NCBI GenBank assembly: GCA_963703315.1
Contig: OY969811.1
Span: forward strand, 2,752,001 to 2,816,000
Length of the DNA: 64,000 nt
DNA from: an uncultured cyanobacterium
Lineage (GTDB): Bacteria; Cyanobacteriota; Cyanobacteriia; Pseudanabaenales; Pseudanabaenaceae
Reading direction: 5' to 3'
Shown: positions 22,010-34,200 of the stretch, piece after piece
How positions within the stretch are numbered: position 1 is the first letter of the stretch
How the letters are laid out: every line of letters begins with the position of its first letter
Position numbers and translations under genes: made by a program
The notes under the pieces: generated by a model
The model's input: the letters and a program-made list of their open reading frames with translations, nothing else
What the model was told of the DNA's origin: nothing
Database searches by the model: none

Positions 22010-25000
22010 TTACGGTTCCTTAGAAGAACGATCGCTTGTTATGTCCTGTAACAATTGTAGAATAGCCTGTTCATCAAAAGCCTGAGCTAAGGCTAGTAAT
22101 TTATTGGCAAAACCTTGATATTGCGGATCAAGTTGACTAATTCTCCGAGATTCTTGCTCGATCGCACTAAAATCACCAACATCCAAAGCCTTGAAAATTC
22201 CTTCTAATTCAGATGCTTCTGGCATAACTAGGCGATCGCTGCCATTCGTCACAGATTTTATTGGTGGCAATGAATCCTCATAGATCCAAATTAGTTGGAG
22301 ATGTTCTTGCAACTTATTCAAGAGAATAGTCGAATCAATTGGTTTTGCTAAAAAATCATTGCAACCAGCCATATTACTTCTGATTTTTTCCGCTTCTAGG
22401 ACGCTTGCCGAGAGAGAAAGAATCGGGATCTGTTGAAATTCAGGCATCATTCTTAACCTGCGGGTCATTTCAAAGCCGTCAAGTTCAGGCATCACCAAAT
22501 CAGTAATGATCAAATCTACGGCATTTGTTTGCGCCATTGATATACCACTATTGCCATTATCCGCTTCTAGCACTGTAAAGCCTATGGGTTCTAGTAAATG
22601 TTTGATTACAACTCGATTGACCCAGCGATCGTCAACTGCCAAGATTGTCAACCTTCGACCTTTATAGCCTGTAATCTTTCCGTAATTTTCGCTGTTGGAA
22701 TTGCTATTGCTAATTTGAGAATCAATAGCTTCGGCTTTAGGTAGTTCTAAGTCAAACCAAAAGCGACTACCTTGATTTAGCTCACTTTCAACTTGTAACT
22801 TGCCACCCAGCATGGCTACTAATCTTTGAGAGATCGCTAATCCTAAACCAGTACCTTCGGGACGATTATTGCGATCGCCTACCTGTTCAAAGGGTAGAAA
22901 TATCTTTTCGAGATTTTCAACAGAAATACCCTTGCCAGTATCAGCAATCATGAAACGTATTTTCGGTGAAAGTTGATCTGCCAAAGGTTTATCTAATGGC
23001 GCTAAATCGACATTGAGCGCAACATGACCACTATCGGTAAATTTGATCGCATTGCCTAAAAGATTGAGCAAGATTTGACGTAACCTTTGCTCGTCTGTAA
23101 TTACATGTTCGGGAATGCGATCGGAAAATTCATACAAAAACGAGATTCCTTTCTCTTTAGCCTTGACCTGACAGATCAGCGCAACTCCTATTAACAGATT
23201 TGGTAAGGAAATTACTTTTGGGAACAGCTCTAGTTTTTTCGCCTCAATTTTTGATAAGTCCAAAATCTCAGCGATCAAATCTAGTAAATGCGATCCACAT
23301 TGCTGAATTACATTAACGCCGTCAATTTGTTTGGCGGTTGCATCTGGATCGCGTTGCAAAATTTGAGCATAGCCCAAGATGCCATTGAGAGGTGTTCGCA
23401 ATTCATGGCTCATGCTTGCCAAAAAATCACTTTTAGCTTGGTTCGCAGCTTCCGCTTGTTCTTTAGCTTTGGCAAGGGCTATCTCGTTAGCTTTGCGATC
23501 GGTAATATCTGCTGCCATCGAAATGATCGTCTTTCTGCCATCAGCAATGCGTCCTAATGGGGCAGAAGCAAAACTCCAAATTAGCTTAGAGCCATCTTTT
23601 GTTGTGACCTCAATTTCACCTTCATCGCGTTTATCTGTGATTGTATAGATATCTTGAACGATCTCTTGAACATGTTCTACAGATAAATGATTCTGGCTAT
23701 AGGCTTTAGCGATCCAATCGCCAATAGTAGGGATGTCTTCAATACTATAGCCAGTGAGTTCTGTCCAAACTTGATTGATTTGTAACACTTGACCATCTTC
23801 AGCGTGGAAAATAATTGGGAATGGAGCATTTGTAATGGCTAGGCTCAGTCTTTCTTCGCTATTTTTGAGAGCCAATTCGGAAGCTTTGCGATCAGTGATA
23901 TCCATTGCTATTGAAATAACGGTACGTCTACCATCGACAATCCGTCCTAAAGGAGCAGAAGCAAAATCCCATATTCTTTTAGAGCCGTCTTTTGCTGTGA
24001 TTTCATATTCACCTTCTTTGCGCTTTTCATTCATAGCGTAGAGAGTGGTGATGTAGTCTTGGACGACAGATTTTTGAATACCATAGGCTCTTAAAGTCCA
24101 GTCTTCTATCGTGGGAATATCTTCAATACTATAGCCACTAAACTCAGTCCAAGCCTCGTTGATTTGTAATATCTGTCCACCTTCAGCGTGAACAATGATC
24201 GGAAAAGGCGCGGAAAAGATGGTTTTACGCATTCTCTCTTCACTTTCTTGGAGGGCTAACTCGATCTGTTTTTGTTCGGTGACATCCATTGCCATTCCAA
24301 TGAGCAACTGTTTGTCATCGCTAATATCTGAGAGCATGGCTGAGTCAAATCTCCAAATGCGCGGCGATCCATCGGCAGCAATAACTTCAATTTCCTTCGT
24401 TTCTAGGCTGTTTCTATTGCTACGCTCCAAGTTACAGGCTAAGGTCTTGAGGTCTAGTAATTTTTCCTCACAGAATCGATCTGTCCATGCGGTTATTTCT
24501 CTAATGTCGCGATCGGCATATCCTGATTGATCGATCCAAGCGCGATTTATTTGGATGGGCTTGAGATTACTTGAATATAGAATGATCGGAAATGGTGCAT
24601 TCACCAACGCCAAGCGAAACCTCTCCTCACTTTGGAGCAAGGTTAATTCTACTTGTTTACGGAGTTTTTCCGATTCATTAAGGCGGAGTGCTAAACAGAC
24701 ATCTTCCGTTAACTCTATTAGTAACTTCTCGACATCATCACTAAAAAAACCTATTTCAGAAGAACAGAATGATAGTACACCGACCACTTGACGATCAAAA
24801 GATAAAGGAAATACCCCATTAGATTGAATGTTATGTTTTTGAGCGATCGCTTGCCATGTCGATGTGGGAGGAACGCTTGTCAAATCATTGGTTATAATAA
24901 TGCGATTTTCTCTAATCGCCCTACTATAAGGACTGAGACTAGTCTCTGAGTTAGGATCGATTAAAATTTGAATTTCTTGGGTATAGGAGATTTCCTTACC

Positions 25001-26641
25001 TGCTGAGGCTACTACTTCTAGCATTTGCGTTTGATGATTTGGCATACCCACCCAAGCCAGTTGAAATCCGCCATAGTCGATCGCAATTTGACAGATTGCG
25101 GGTAATAGCTGCTGAGGATCTTGAATCCGAACGATCGCTTCATTCGCCTTACTTAAAAATGTATAGAGTTTGGTGGAGCGTTCAAGTTGATATTGGATCT
25201 TGAGCAAATTGGTCAAGTCTTGAACGAATATGAAAAAACATCCATTATTTTTTTTTGCAAAATAAGAAGCACCAAGTTGCACGTCAATAATATCGCCATT
25301 CTTATGTTTCCATTTTTGCTGTAAGCGCTGTTTTTTCATGGCGAGGATATTGGCGACAAATTCTTCAGGCTGAAAGTCCTCACCGACCACCAAATCAAAA
25401 ATAGTCAAAGACAATAATTCATCGGTACTGTAACCTGCGATCTCCTCAAACGACTTATTTACTTCGATAAATTTACCATCGCGATCGATCATGGCATAGC
25501 CATCAATGGAAGTCTCAATCGCCGTGGCATAACGCGAGGCATTCTCGGCAACGATCTCGACACGTTCTAATTCAGCTTTTTGATTCAAGGCTATTAGCGC
25601 GATTTGCCCAGATTTTCTAACTTGGTAAGTGGTATACAGCAATATCCCGATGAGCAAGATCGTCAGACTGCTAATCGTAATTAGTAACCTTTGTAAGGGC
25701 TCATTTGCCTCACTGCTATCAATTTTTGAGATCATCACCCAATTTGTGTTTGGGACTTTGATTGCAGTTGCTAGTACTAGTTTATTACGATAGTCAAAGC
25801 CCTCTAGGATGAGTGGAGATATAGGCGATCTAAGCGCCTGCGCTGCAAAAAGTTGGGGATAATCTAGCGGTAAAGTAAATTCTAAATCAGGATCTTTTCG
25901 ATGGCGGAGAGGGGTGAGAAATCTGACAATGTCTTTTTCTTGACGTACTAACTGAGTTTCGGCAGAGTGACTTGATGTCGGCGAAAAGGCTAATAGCGGA
26001 AATAAATAATTATTTGGATCGGCTTCTAGATACACTGCTCCCACTAATACTTTTTGGTTCTTGTCATAGACTGGGGATAATATGCCATATACGGCTTTTT
26101 TACCTTTACTTGTCTCAATCAAAGCGAGATCGATGAGTTGTGGTTCGACGAAAATATTAGGAGTAGATTGGAGCTTTTGTTGAAAGGTAATGGCAACTTC
26201 TGCGGGTAAGTCTGAATCTTCTGAGGAATTCCCAACAGCTTTGCCTTCACGATTTAGCAAAACAATTCTCTGATAGCCATACTCTGATTTTGTGGCGATG
26301 ACCGCAGGTGCTAGGGTGGCGGCAATAGCTTTGGAGGCTGCATCTTGATTAGGGTTGTCACTGGCTTCGATGGTCAATCTCACCGATGGTCTAGCCGCAA
26401 AAATTCCCGCATCACCTTTACGCTCTCTCAGCCATTTTTCGATATGATTCGCTTTTAATTGGGCGATCGCTAACAAATTTTCTTCAGTATTTTGTTGTAT
26501 CTGCGCCCCAAACCACTGGAAAGCCCAGAAACCACCGCCTAGTATTCCTGCTAAAGCGATCGCTAAACCAATAAACAAACTTTGGCTATCTGAACGCTTG
26601 GGTTGAATAATTTGCTTGTCTTTAAGTAATTCTTGTAGCAT
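22010..26641 (-). CDS. membrane hybrid histidine kinase (2 TM with Cache-like region, PAS, GAF, 3xPAS, HisKA-HATPase-REC)
   Basis: Two hydrophobic segments, repeated APFPII PAS domains, [14 protein letters not shown]. Confidence 0.92.
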   Translation of the reverse strand: MLQELLKDKQIIQPKRSDSQSLFIGLAIALAGILGGGFWAFQWFGAQIQQNTEENLLAIAQLKANHIEKWLRERKGDAGIFAARPSVRLTIEASDNPNQDAASKAIAATLAPAVIATKSEYGYQRIVLLNREGKAVGNSSEDSDLPAEVAITFQQKLQSTPNIFVEPQLIDLALIETSKGKKAVYGILSPVYDKNQKVLVGAVYLEADPNNYLFPLLAFSPTSSHSAETQLVRQEKDIVRFLTPLRHRKDPDLEFTLPLDYPQLFAAQALRSPISPLILEGFDYRNKLVLATAIKVPNTNWVMISKIDSSEANEPLQRLLITISSLTILLIGILLYTTYQVRKSGQIALIALNQKAELERVEIVAENASRYATAIETSIDGYAMIDRDGKFIEVNKSFEEIAGYSTDELLSLTIFDLVVGEDFQPEEFVANILAMKKQRLQQKWKHKNGDIIDVQLGASYFAKKNNGCFFIFVQDLTNLLKIQYQLERSTKLYTFLSKANEAIVRIQDPQQLLPAICQIAIDYGGFQLAWVGMPNHQTQMLEVVASAGKEISYTQEIQILIDPNSETSLSPYSRAIRENRIIITNDLTSVPPTSTWQAIAQKHNIQSNGVFPLSFDRQVVGVLSFCSSEIGFFSDDVEKLLIELTEDVCLALRLNESEKLRKQVELTLLQSEERFRLALVNAPFPIILYSSNLKPIQINRAWIDQSGYADRDIREITAWTDRFCEEKLLDLKTLACNLERSNRNSLETKEIEVIAADGSPRIWRFDSAMLSDISDDKQLLIGMAMDVTEQKQIELALQESEERMRKTIFSAPFPIIVHAEGGQILQINEAWTEFSGYSIEDIPTIEDWTLRAYGIQKSVVQDYITTLYAMNEKRKEGEYEITAKDGSKRIWDFASAPLGRIVDGRRTVISIAMDITDRKASELALKNSEERLSLAITNAPFPIIFHAEDGQVLQINQVWTELTGYSIEDIPTIGDWIAKAYSQNHLSVEHVQEIVQDIYTITDKRDEGEIEVTTKDGSKLIWSFASAPLGRIADGRKTIISMAADITDRKANEIALAKAKEQAEAANQAKSDFLASMSHELRTPLNGILGYAQILQRDPDATAKQIDGVNVIQQCGSHLLDLIAEILDLSKIEAKKLELFPKVISLPNLLIGVALICQVKAKEKGISFLYEFSDRIPEHVITDEQRLRQILLNLLGNAIKFTDSGHVALNVDLAPLDKPLADQLSPKIRFMIADTGKGISVENLEKIFLPFEQVGDRNNRPEGTGLGLAISQRLVAMLGGKLQVESELNQGSRFWFDLELPKAEAIDSQISNSNSNSENYGKITGYKGRRLTILAVDDRWVNRVVIKHLLEPIGFTVLEADNGNSGISMAQTNAVDLIITDLVMPELDGFEMTRRLRMMPEFQQIPILSLSASVLEAEKIRSNMAGCNDFLAKPIDSTILLNKLQEHLQLIWIYEDSLPPIKSVTNGSDRLVMPEASELEGIFKALDVGDFSAIEQESRRISQLDPQYQGFANKLLALAQAFDEQAILQLLQDITSDRSSKEP

Positions 26642-26655
26642 TCTCTCACCGAATC

Positions 26656-26728
26656 CTTTTTCTAGTAATATCTTTTTCTAGTAATATCTTTTTCTAGTAA
26701 TATCTTTTTCTAGTAATATCTTTTTCTA
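26656..26728. repeat. perfect 16-bp tandem repeat (~4.5 copies)
   Basis: CTAGTAATATCTTTTT at 26662, 26678, 26694, 26710. Confidence 0.95.
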
Positions 26729-28442
26729 CTTCTACGGTTGTTATGTAGCGATCGCGCCCTTGCTGCTTGGCTTGATAGAGAGCAGCATCGGTCATCTTAA
26801 TTAAGCCATCAACAAATAGATCGGCTGTAGGAATTAGGCAACTAATTCCCATGCTGACAGTAACAACATCACTAACTTTTGAATCTTGATGAGGAATGCA
26901 CAAGTCGCGGATCGCTTGTTGGATTGACTCAGCTACCATAATTGCACCATCTACATTGGTATTCGGCAGAACCACGACAAACTCCTCGCCGCCATAACGC
27001 GCAAATAGATCGGCTGGGCGTTTTAGTTGTTTTGCCGCAGTCTGAGCAACTTGAATCAAGCAAGTATCACCAGCTTGATGACCGTAGAAGTCGTTGTAAA
27101 ATTTAAAATAATCGATATCTAAAAGAATTAGCGATAAATATGCTTTTTCTCGCAATAACCTTTGCCATTCTATTTGGATTGTTTCGTCAAACCTGCGGCG
27201 GTTGGCGACTTGGGTTAAGCCATCGGTCAAGGCGATCGCCCGTTGATATTCTGCTTGCTGTTTGAGGATCTGTTGCGCTTGGTATTGTTCAGTCATATCC
27301 CCAAAAGAAGCTACGGCTGCATAGGGATGCTCTTGCTCGGGATGGAACAAGGGTTGAGAATTAATCGAGATCCAAGTGGTTGGCAAATCTTTGCGGCAAA
27401 TACCCATGATTACATTGGACTGACGCTCTCCAGTTTTAAGGGTGACTAAGGCAGGATGGGTTTCCGCAGGAAAATCTGAACCATCTTCGTGAATTGTCCG
27501 CCAATCAATATCAATTGAAGTCTTTCCCATCAGTTGATCGGCAGTTAATCCTAAAATCTTTTCGGCACTCTGATTACAGGAAATAATTTTGCCATCGGCT
27601 TGATGGAAAACCACGCCTTCGGCAAGACTAGCAATTACAGAACGGTTACGTTCTTCACTAGATTGAAGTTCCAGTTCTGCTCGTTTTAATGACGTGATAT
27701 TCCGAATTATGCCAACTCGGACTCGTTTATTCCTGTTTTTTATAACCGACTCTGTTAACATTCCATAGAAAGTTTGACAATAGGGAATTTCTACAGTTAT
27801 TTCAATTTCTGTGTCACAAATTGTTCCTTTGCAAGGATCAAACCTCATTCGTTGCGTTAGTTGTGGGCTTCCTAAAATATCAATCGCGCAAGCCGTAACA
27901 TTTTTGATTCCAATACCAAACAGTTCTCGTAGAGAGTCATTGACAAATAGTAATTTTCCATCCATTTCGGCGATATAAATGCTATCTTTAACGCTCTGGA
28001 TGGCACGGGTTAGTAATTCAAGCTCATCTTCCGCTTGCTTACGAGAGAGTGCTCTATCAACGGTGGCGGGTAAAACTTTGAGATAGTTGCGATCGGGATC
28101 TTTAATTAAATAGTCATAGGCTCCTTCTCCCATTAGCCTTGCGGCGGTCTCTTCATCACCACTGCCTGTAGAGATAATGAAGGGACAGTTTTGAGATTTT
28201 AAAACAGCAAATAGCTCGCTACAGACTCCATCACCGAGGTTGTAATCGAGAATTGCAATTTCAAAAGTTTGGGTAAGGAGAATTTTTTTGGCTTCGGTGA
28301 GTGAGCTAGCGATCGTGTAGTCGTAGGATAAGTCTAACTTTTTGACGGTGCGATTAAAGGCAAGGCGATCGATTTGATCGTCTTCCACGAACAAAATCTT
28401 AATCATGGGTAACTGAGATTCAGGATTCTTAGCTGTCGTCAT
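26694..28442 (-). CDS. REC-PAS-PAS-GGDEF diguanylate cyclase
   Basis: LDYNLG receiver, DGLTQVANRR, RPAD I-site, RYGGEEF. Confidence 0.93.
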   Translation of the reverse strand: MTTAKNPESQLPMIKILFVEDDQIDRLAFNRTVKKLDLSYDYTIASSLTEAKKILLTQTFEIAILDYNLGDGVCSELFAVLKSQNCPFIISTGSGDEETAARLMGEGAYDYLIKDPDRNYLKVLPATVDRALSRKQAEDELELLTRAIQSVKDSIYIAEMDGKLLFVNDSLRELFGIGIKNVTACAIDILGSPQLTQRMRFDPCKGTICDTEIEITVEIPYCQTFYGMLTESVIKNRNKRVRVGIIRNITSLKRAELELQSSEERNRSVIASLAEGVVFHQADGKIISCNQSAEKILGLTADQLMGKTSIDIDWRTIHEDGSDFPAETHPALVTLKTGERQSNVIMGICRKDLPTTWISINSQPLFHPEQEHPYAAVASFGDMTEQYQAQQILKQQAEYQRAIALTDGLTQVANRRRFDETIQIEWQRLLREKAYLSLILLDIDYFKFYNDFYGHQAGDTCLIQVAQTAAKQLKRPADLFARYGGEEFVVVLPNTNVDGAIMVAESIQQAIRDLCIPHQDSKVSDVVTVSMGISCLIPTADLFVDGLIKMTDAALYQAKQQGRDRYITTVEVEKDITRKRYY

Positions 28443-28480
28443 TTAGTTTTGAGCGATTAGATATTATTTTAAGGAGCAGA

Positions 28481-28903
28481 TCAATTCATTAAATCGGGAA
28501 TCTCACTTAAACACCAATATTGATAAACAATCAGTAATTTTTCCACAAAATCAGGATAAGTTAGGGGCTTGATAATATAACCCGCAACACTTAGCTGGAA
28601 ACTGGCAAGCCGATCCTGTTCCTCTTGCGATGTGGTCAATACCACGACAGGAATTTTGCACAAATCGACATCGGCTTTGATAATTTTCAGAAACTCCAAC
28701 CCATTCATGCGTGGCATATTTAAATCTAATAGAATTAGCAATGGTTTAGGATTGGCTAGATCGCGTAAAAATTCTAGGGCGGATTCTCCATTGTTTCTAA
28801 TATGAAGAGGATTAGTCGCCTTAATGTCTTTTAAAGCGCGTTTGAGGGTCATCACATCTAATTGATCATCTTCTACGAGTAGAATTGGGTCAAAGCTTCT
28901 CAT
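28481..28903 (-). CDS. single-domain response regulator (Rcp1-like)
   Basis: LLVEDD, LDLNMP, LTTS, YIIKP. Confidence 0.92.
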   Translation of the reverse strand: MRSFDPILLVEDDQLDVMTLKRALKDIKATNPLHIRNNGESALEFLRDLANPKPLLILLDLNMPRMNGLEFLKIIKADVDLCKIPVVVLTTSQEEQDRLASFQLSVAGYIIKPLTYPDFVEKLLIVYQYWCLSEIPDLMN

Positions 28904-30021
28904 GATTGAACCTCAGTCATATCTGCGATTATAGGTAACGTAAAGTAAAAAGTACTACCCTGATTAATTTCTGATTTTACCCAGATTTTACCACCATACA
29001 TTTCGACAATCTTCTTAGCGATCGCCAATCCCACCCCAGTACTTTCGGATTGATCGCGAGGTACAAGGGTTTGAAAGATCTGAAAGATTTTATCAAAATG
29101 TCGCTCTTCTATCCCAACTCCTGTATCACTGACATAAAATTCCCAAAATCCATTTTTTTCACTATGTCCGATGTGAATCTCGCCATCTGGTTTATCGATA
29201 TATTTGATCGCATTGCTCAGCAAATTTTGAAATAACTGGTGCATTCGCGTTTTTTCGGCAATTAGCTTTGGCAATTCAGTATCGATCGCAATCTTAATAC
29301 CTTTGGGCGGCGCGATCGCATCAATCACATCACGGACTAATGCTTGCAGATCGACTCCTGTTTTCTCCTCTTTAACACGACCGACACGGGAATATTGCAG
29401 CACCCCATCGATCAGATCGCTCATTCGCCGCACCCGTCCACCCATGAGATTCAACATCTCTTTGCCTTCATCATCAAGGCGATCGCCATAGTCATTTAGC
29501 ACCCAGTCAGAGAGGGATGCAATGCCCCGCAAGGGCGCTTTGAGATCGTGAGAAACAATATAGGCAAAGTCTTTGAGTTCTTGATTAACGGCTGCTAGTT
29601 CGGCAACTAATTGCAATTGCCGATTTTCAGAGCGTTTGCGCTCGATCGCATGGATAATTGAACGCTCTAATAACGTGGCACTTAAGAATCTGCCCTTGAC
29701 TAAATAATCCGATGCACCAGATTTCATGGCTTTTTGATCGATTTCACTATCACCTAGCCCTGTCAATAAAATGATCGGCTTATTACAGCCCATAGCGATC
29801 GCTTCTTCTAAAAGTTCTAAGCCATTGCCCTTGCCAAGTCGAAAGTCTAAGAGATATACATCATGCTGATTTTTACCAATCTCAATTAATCCATCATCGT
29901 AGTTATCGACCCAATTTAATTTAAAAGATAACTGCTCGGCTTCGTCCAAAAAATCACGAGTCACAATATAGTCATCTTCGTCATCATCGATAAGTAGAAC
30001 TTTACAGATATCTACGGTCAT
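28900..30021 (-). CDS. REC-HisKA-HATPase hybrid kinase
   Basis: LLIDDD, LLDFRL, FAYIVSHDLKAPL, STGVGLA. Confidence 0.92.
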   Translation of the reverse strand: MTVDICKVLLIDDDEDDYIVTRDFLDEAEQLSFKLNWVDNYDDGLIEIGKNQHDVYLLDFRLGKGNGLELLEEAIAMGCNKPIILLTGLGDSEIDQKAMKSGASDYLVKGRFLSATLLERSIIHAIERKRSENRQLQLVAELAAVNQELKDFAYIVSHDLKAPLRGIASLSDWVLNDYGDRLDDEGKEMLNLMGGRVRRMSDLIDGVLQYSRVGRVKEEKTGVDLQALVRDVIDAIAPPKGIKIAIDTELPKLIAEKTRMHQLFQNLLSNAIKYIDKPDGEIHIGHSEKNGFWEFYVSDTGVGIEERHFDKIFQIFQTLVPRDQSESTGVGLAIAKKIVEMYGGKIWVKSEINQGSTFYFTLPIIADMTEVQS

Positions 30022-30282
30022 GGAGGGAAAACATTAAAAAATTAGAAAAAAACAGCAATGCGGTTTATTAAGTGCAAACAATGAATTAATTCAATTTATT
30101 TGAAGTATTAAATAGCAGGCATCATTAGAACTGTTACCTATTTTAACAAGAAACGTAACGCCCCTATCTACTTAGCTATTTACAAAAAATATCAAGATTT
30201 TAAAAAATCGTATCTAAAAAATTAGATAAATTCATTTCTTTTCGTATTTCATAAATGGCTAAAACAAATCCTCAACAAATTT

Positions 30283-31266
30283 ATGAGTGTAATTACTAAT
30301 AATCTAAAATATGTAATGCTGAGCCTGTTGGGGGTGATTGTGGCGATCGCCTTGACTAATTGCACTCCCCAAACAGCCATACCATTACGCATTGGGGCAA
30401 ATCTTTGGACGGGATATGAGACTTTATATCTAGCACGAGACTTGGGCTACTATAACGACAAACCGATCCGTTTAGTTGATTATCCTTCAGGAACAGAAGA
30501 AGTCCGCGCCTATCGCAATAAAGAAATTGAAGGAGCAGGACTATCAATCGATCAAGCCTTAGTCCTTGCTGCGACTCAAGAAAATATTCGGATTGTCGCA
30601 ATTATGGATGTGTCCAATGGCGGTGATGTGATTTTAGGTAAGCCAGAATTCACCGACATGAAAGCCCTCAAAGGTAAGCGGGTGGGTGTGGAAGCAACTT
30701 CTCTCGGCGCTTTCTTCATTGCCCGTGCTTTGGAAAAGAATGACATGACCACCAAGGATATTCAGATCGTATCTTTGGAATTGACAGAACATGAACGTGC
30801 TTACAAGGAAGGGAAAGTAGATGCGGTGGTTACTTTTGGTCCTGCGCGAACCAATCTATTAGCGGCTGGCGCAAAACTGTTATTTGATAGTAGTCAGATT
30901 CCTGGGGAAATTGTGGATACATTGGCGGTAAGTACAGAGGCGATCGCTAACTCTCCCGAAACAATTCAAGCCTTAGTGAATGGTCGATTTCGCGCCCTAG
31001 ACTATTTCGAGAAAAACCCTCAAGATGCCGCAGTACGAATGGCAAAGCGAACCAAGGTCAGCCCTGAGCAAATCCTCAATGCTTTTAAAGGACTCAGTCA
31101 ACCAAATTTACAAGAAAATCAGAAATTGCTTGATAAAAGCGATCCATCTCTGATCAATGGCATGACCAAACTAGTAAAAATTATGGTTGACAACAAATTA
31201 CTACCCAAAACCATTGATCCTGCTAGTATTCTAGATGATCGCTTTATTAAGAACGCTAAGATTTAA
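30283..31266 (+). CDS. periplasmic substrate-binding lipoprotein (SsuA/NMT1-like)
   Basis: Lipobox-like ALTNC, WTGYE, DVSNGGD, LKGKRVGVE, LFDSSQIPGEIVD. Confidence 0.85.
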   Translation: MSVITNNLKYVMLSLLGVIVAIALTNCTPQTAIPLRIGANLWTGYETLYLARDLGYYNDKPIRLVDYPSGTEEVRAYRNKEIEGAGLSIDQALVLAATQENIRIVAIMDVSNGGDVILGKPEFTDMKALKGKRVGVEATSLGAFFIARALEKNDMTTKDIQIVSLELTEHERAYKEGKVDAVVTFGPARTNLLAAGAKLLFDSSQIPGEIVDTLAVSTEAIANSPETIQALVNGRFRALDYFEKNPQDAAVRMAKRTKVSPEQILNAFKGLSQPNLQENQKLLDKSDPSLINGMTKLVKIMVDNKLLPKTIDPASILDDRFIKNAKI

Positions 31267-31277
31267 GTATTTGCCCA

Positions 31278-34200
31278 ATGGTTTCCATGAAAAGATTGTC
31301 AGGTTTTCCGATCTCCTTAAGAATTTCAATTCCTGCGATTTTAATTTTTTGTGGGGGATTATTGGGCTTGACTTCTTTTAATCAGGAAATTAATGAGGCT
31401 TATCAAAAGACAGAAATTAACACCAAAAATTATGTCCAAATTTCCGCAGGACAGACCTCTAGAATCTTAGATTATTTATATCGGCGCACCAATATTGAAG
31501 AAGCTGAAATCACAATTATTAGTCAACTCGGCAGCGATCCCAATCTTAATTTGGTGATGTTAATTGACGATCGCGATATTGTACATCTCTCCAATCGTTA
31601 TGAATTGCGCGATGAACCAATTACTAAAACGGCAGGTGCGCCCTATGTCGAAAAATTTGGAGCGGTACGCAAAAATCTATCGGGAGATGTGCTGATATCG
31701 GCGGATCGGTCAAAACTAATTGCGATGTATCCGATTATTTTGCCAGTGCCGCGCAATGAGCTTCAGTCTTCAAAAGTGGGAGTTTTATTCTTTGAATATG
31801 ACTTAACCCGCGCTAAACAGATTGCTTTTAATGATGCTTTAAAGCGATCGCTCTTTTTTAGTGGCAGTTTAGCGATCTTCTGCATAGGGATTTGGGTTTT
31901 CTTTGAACTCACACTGACAAGGCGAGCCTCGCGTTTAGTGGCGGCAAGTAATAGCCTTGCAGAAGGAAAACTAGACAAACGCGCTGGACTAACAGGCTCA
32001 GATGAATTATTTCAAATCTCTGTCGCCTTTGATCGCATGGCGGGCAAGATCCAAGAAAATGCCAATACCTTGCTTCGTCAAAATGCTGTACTACAAGCCC
32101 AACTCGAAGCCTCCATTGATGGTATTTCGATTGTGGATGAAAATCGTAATATCGTCTCTTACAATCAACGCATTTGTGATCTCTGGCATATTCCTACAAA
32201 CATTATTGAAACAGGGGACGATCGCCAATTTATGCAATGGGTATTGAGTAACTTAGTTGATCCTGAAATATTTTGCGCTAAAATTGAACATCTATATGAA
32301 AACCCTGACAGCAGCAGTGTTGATGAAGTCTTACTGAAGGATGGACATATTTTTGACTGTTATTCAACCAGTGTGAAGTCATTGTCGGGAGATTTTTACT
32401 ATGGCAGAATTTGGTATTTTCGGAATATTACCGATCGCCGCAAAGCCGAAAAATTAATTCAGCAGCAAGCGGAAAGAGAAAGGTTACTCAGGGAAATAAC
32501 CCAAAGAATTCGGCAATCTCTAGATCTCGTCACAATCTTTAATACCGCCACCGAAGAAATTAGACAGTTTCTAAATGCTGATCGCGTGGGCGTATTGAAA
32601 TTTGACCCTAAAACCAATAATACCCAAGGCGAATTTGTCTCCGAATCCTTAGTCGCTGGCATTAACTCAATAGTGGCAATTTCCATAGATGAACATTGCT
32701 TTGGTGAAAAACATACGGTCTATTACCAAAATGGACAAATCCAAGCTTTAGATGATATTTATCAAGCAAATATCAAATCTTGTTATCGCGACCTCTTAGA
32801 AGGTTTTCAAATTCGCGCTAATCTAGTCGTGCCATTACTAAATAGCGAATCTCTATGGGGACTGCTTTGTATCCATCAATGTCATGAACCAAGAACTTGG
32901 CAGCAATCGGAAATTGAATTTGTCCAGCAAATTGCCAATCAACTGGCGATCGCTATTCAACAAGCTAATCTATTTGAGCAAATCCAGAAGGAACTAACCG
33001 AAAGACAACAAGCCGAGTTACGACTGACCGAAAGCAACCAACAACTTGCCATCTCTAACGAAGAACTTGCGCGTGCGACTCGCCTCAAAGATGAGTTTCT
33101 TGCCAATATGGTCACAAGCAATCAAAAGCTTGCCATCTCCAACGAGGAACTAGCTCGCGCTACCCGCCTGAAAGATGAATTTCTTGCCAACATGAGCCAT
33201 GAATTGCGGACTCCGCTCAATGCCATTTTGGGAATGTCGGAGGCAATGCAAGAGCAGGTCTTTGGCACAATTAATGAAGAACAAAAAGAGTCATTAGAAA
33301 CAATTGCCAGCAGTGGCACACATCTATTGGAATTGATTAACGACATTCTTGATGTTGCCAAAATTGAATCTGGACAAGTAGAAATGATCTGTTCGCACAC
33401 ATCCATCCAAGAACTCTGTCAATCTAGTTTGCCCTTTATCAAGCAGCAAGCATTACGAAAACGCATTCATCTTGAATTAAAAATAGCGCCCAATTTACCA
33501 GAACTATTTGTCGATGAACGCCGTATCCGCCAAGCTTTGATTAATCTGCTTAATAATGCGATTAAGTTCACTCCCGAAAGAGGACGGGTATCATTAGCGG
33601 TTAGCCTCCAGCAAAATCCAGCCACAGGTAAATCAAGTGAAATGACAAGCGAAATTAGATTTGCCATAACTGACACAGGAATTGGCATTTCTCCCGAAAA
33701 TCTCCAAAAATTGTTTCAACCCTTTGTACAAATAGATGGAGCGCTCAATCGTCAAAACACAGGCACTGGACTAGGGCTTGCCTTAGTTAAGAGCATTGTG
33801 GAGATGCATAACGGCACTGTGAATGTAACGAGTGAGGTGGGCGTAGGTAGTTGTTTTACGATCGCTCTTCCCTGTGAAAACATCGCCATTTCATCGCCTA
33901 TATCCGTCAATTCACCTGCAAGTTCTTTAGAGCCAGCTTCTAACAATGGTATTGCAGAAGGATTACCCACCCTATTACTCGCGGAAGATAATGAGGCAAA
34001 TAAACTGACCATCTCTCGATACCTCAAAGCCAAAGGTTACCAATTACTATTTGCAAAAGATGGTCAAGAAGCGATTGATATTGCTAGATCACTCCAACCT
34101 GATTTAATCCTGATGGATATTCAAATGCCAAATATTGATGGATTAGAGGCAATCAAAATTATTCGTAGAGATAAGGTTCCTAAACTCGCTAACATTCCCA

